The notes under the pieces: model-generated | Told to the model about the DNA's origin: nothing | Seen by the model: only the letters and a program-made list of their open reading frames with translations | Databases searched by the model: none | Source of the DNA: Dendrobates tinctorius | Lineage: Eukaryota | Direction of reading: 5' to 3' | NCBI RefSeq assembly: GCF_039654945.1 | Contig: NW_027361686.1 | Location: forward strand, 5,828,001-5,892,000 | DNA length: 64,000 nt | Shown here: in pieces, positions 62,601-64,000 of the stretch | Layout of the letters: every line of letters begins with the position of its first letter | How positions within the stretch are numbered: the stretch's first letter is position 1 | Made by a program: the position numbers and the translations under genes

Positions 62601-63364
62601 TATTTCAGTCTCTCAGCCTGCTGTCCAGTGTTAGTGATAGCTCAAGCTTCCAGTTTAGAGCCTCTGACCCTTGTACCTTGGTGATCCTCCTGCCATTGAC
62701 TGTTATTCACGTGTATGACCCAGACTGATTTCTGACCCTGTCTCTTGGTATTCGTCTCTGCTGTTACGTTCCCTCTCTGGCATCTGACTCCCCGGCTTGT
62801 ACCCCAACCACGTATTTCGTCTTACGTTTTGGACCCCGTGCTCATGTTCTGGCTTTCTGACTCTTGGCTTGGTATTTTGACTACATGTATTGCTGCTCCT
62901 TCTGGTACGTCTGCTCCTGCTAGTTTCTGACTCGGTTCGTCTGACTATTCTCTCTCGTTACCTGTGGCACCTGTGCTGCTGCTCTTAGTGTGTAACCTCT
63001 CTTCCCTCACCAGCTCCCCCTGGTGGAGGTTTCACTATAGCGACATCGCACACACAGTAGGTCTAGACGGACGCAGCTCCTCTGTCTTTGGTCCTGCTCC
63101 TGTGACCAGATACCGTGTGTGCATTTACCTGAGGCCTGTGACACTAACAGGCTCAGCATTTTTGTATGTTTATGTTGCGGCGCCTCTGTGTGTGAACAGA
63201 GCCCGCTCTGCGCACTTCGGGTGAAGTTGAACCCGTGCGTATAATACCGCCATATTGCTCGTCTGTCATTACCTAGCAGCGGTGTAACACCTACTGCACG
63301 GTGGACCCCGAGCGGCGAACGCACTTTATTATTTTTTATTTAGTGCATTCCGCCGTTCCTAACA
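59693..63364 (+). mobile_element. Non-autonomous Gypsy element related to 49426-54170
   Basis: LTRs 59693-60577 and 61940-63364; 5-bp TSD aaaag; same ttatactagcgccaggg post-LTR motif; gag 60602-61414 with one stop; integrase HHCC remnant. Confidence 0.93.
62503..63039. mobile_element. Solo LTR inside the 3' LTR
   Basis: Starts tgtcatga; 5-bp TSD gcgac; absent from the 5' LTR. Confidence 0.85.
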
Positions 63365-64000
63365 AAAAGTTTTCAAAATTCTGATATTATCACAAATAAA
63401 TGCAATAGTGTCATGAATAAACTGTCTCAGAATCGCTGGTATATGTTAAAGGTTTCCAGCGTCATTAAAGTGACACTGGTCAGAATTGTAAAATTTGACC
63501 TTTCAGGAGGGTGAAAACTGGCTTGGGGTCAAAGGGGTTAATATTTACTATCAACATTACATCTAAAATTAAGTTTAAAATATGTTATAGCTTTCAAAAG
63601 AATTTTAATAGTTAGTATATCCAGACTGCAATATTTTTAGTTGAAGAGTAACTAAACTTTTTTGTCTTTTTTGTATAATTTTGTGCAGCATGGAAAGTTC
63701 TGAAACTTTTACATTGATTTTATTAGGGGATTTATCTTTATTCCTGTAAAAATATTATATGACTTCTACTTGCCTGACTATAGCTGCAATTATATCAGAA
63801 TGTTCTCATTTAGAGAACAATGATGGCAGTAAAAGGGTCAATTCAACACCTTTGTCTCACTAAATCTCAGTTCCACCCTACAAACCATTGAGGCATTCAG
63901 CATGGCAAGTTTTCCTACAAATTGCACTAGAAATTAGCCCTCATACATTTTTATTGATGACAAATGAAAAAGTTATAGCTTCTAGAAGACAATGATAAAA

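Larger units (their letters stand above)
40471..63537. mobile_element. Outer TTAA-flanked non-autonomous DNA element (piggyBac/Kolobok-like) hosting nested insertions
   Basis: TTAA|acctttcac at left and ggtcaaagggg|TTAA at right; AT-rich internal sequence appears to resume after each nested insert. TIR match is degenerate. Confidence 0.5.

Overview
Eukaryotic DNA made almost entirely of transposable elements; the element families suggest a vertebrate, probably an anuran amphibian (inference). No host gene, prokaryotic feature or CRISPR array is supported. In order, the window holds a non-autonomous Helitron, a near-intact Tc1 element, a complete 9.5-kb hAT transposon (8-bp TSD), a CR1 LINE, Penelope-like fragments, MITEs, several Ty3/Gypsy elements and solo LTRs, and a 15-kb class I (epsilon-like) endogenous retrovirus inside a nest up to five levels deep. 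Two observations stand out. (1) The ERV gag carries a PARP9/PARP14-like ADP-ribose macrodomain upstream of capsid; a later Gypsy insertion split it, and it rejoins in frame when that insert and one 5-bp TSD copy are removed. (2) A TSD-flanked array of 331-bp units sits inside the hAT element, with three complete type I hammerhead ribozymes and snRNA-promoter-like motifs, resembling a newt satellite-2-type retrozyme. The hAT element also carries a decayed 18S rRNA fragment. Coordinates were read by eye and may be off by a few bases.
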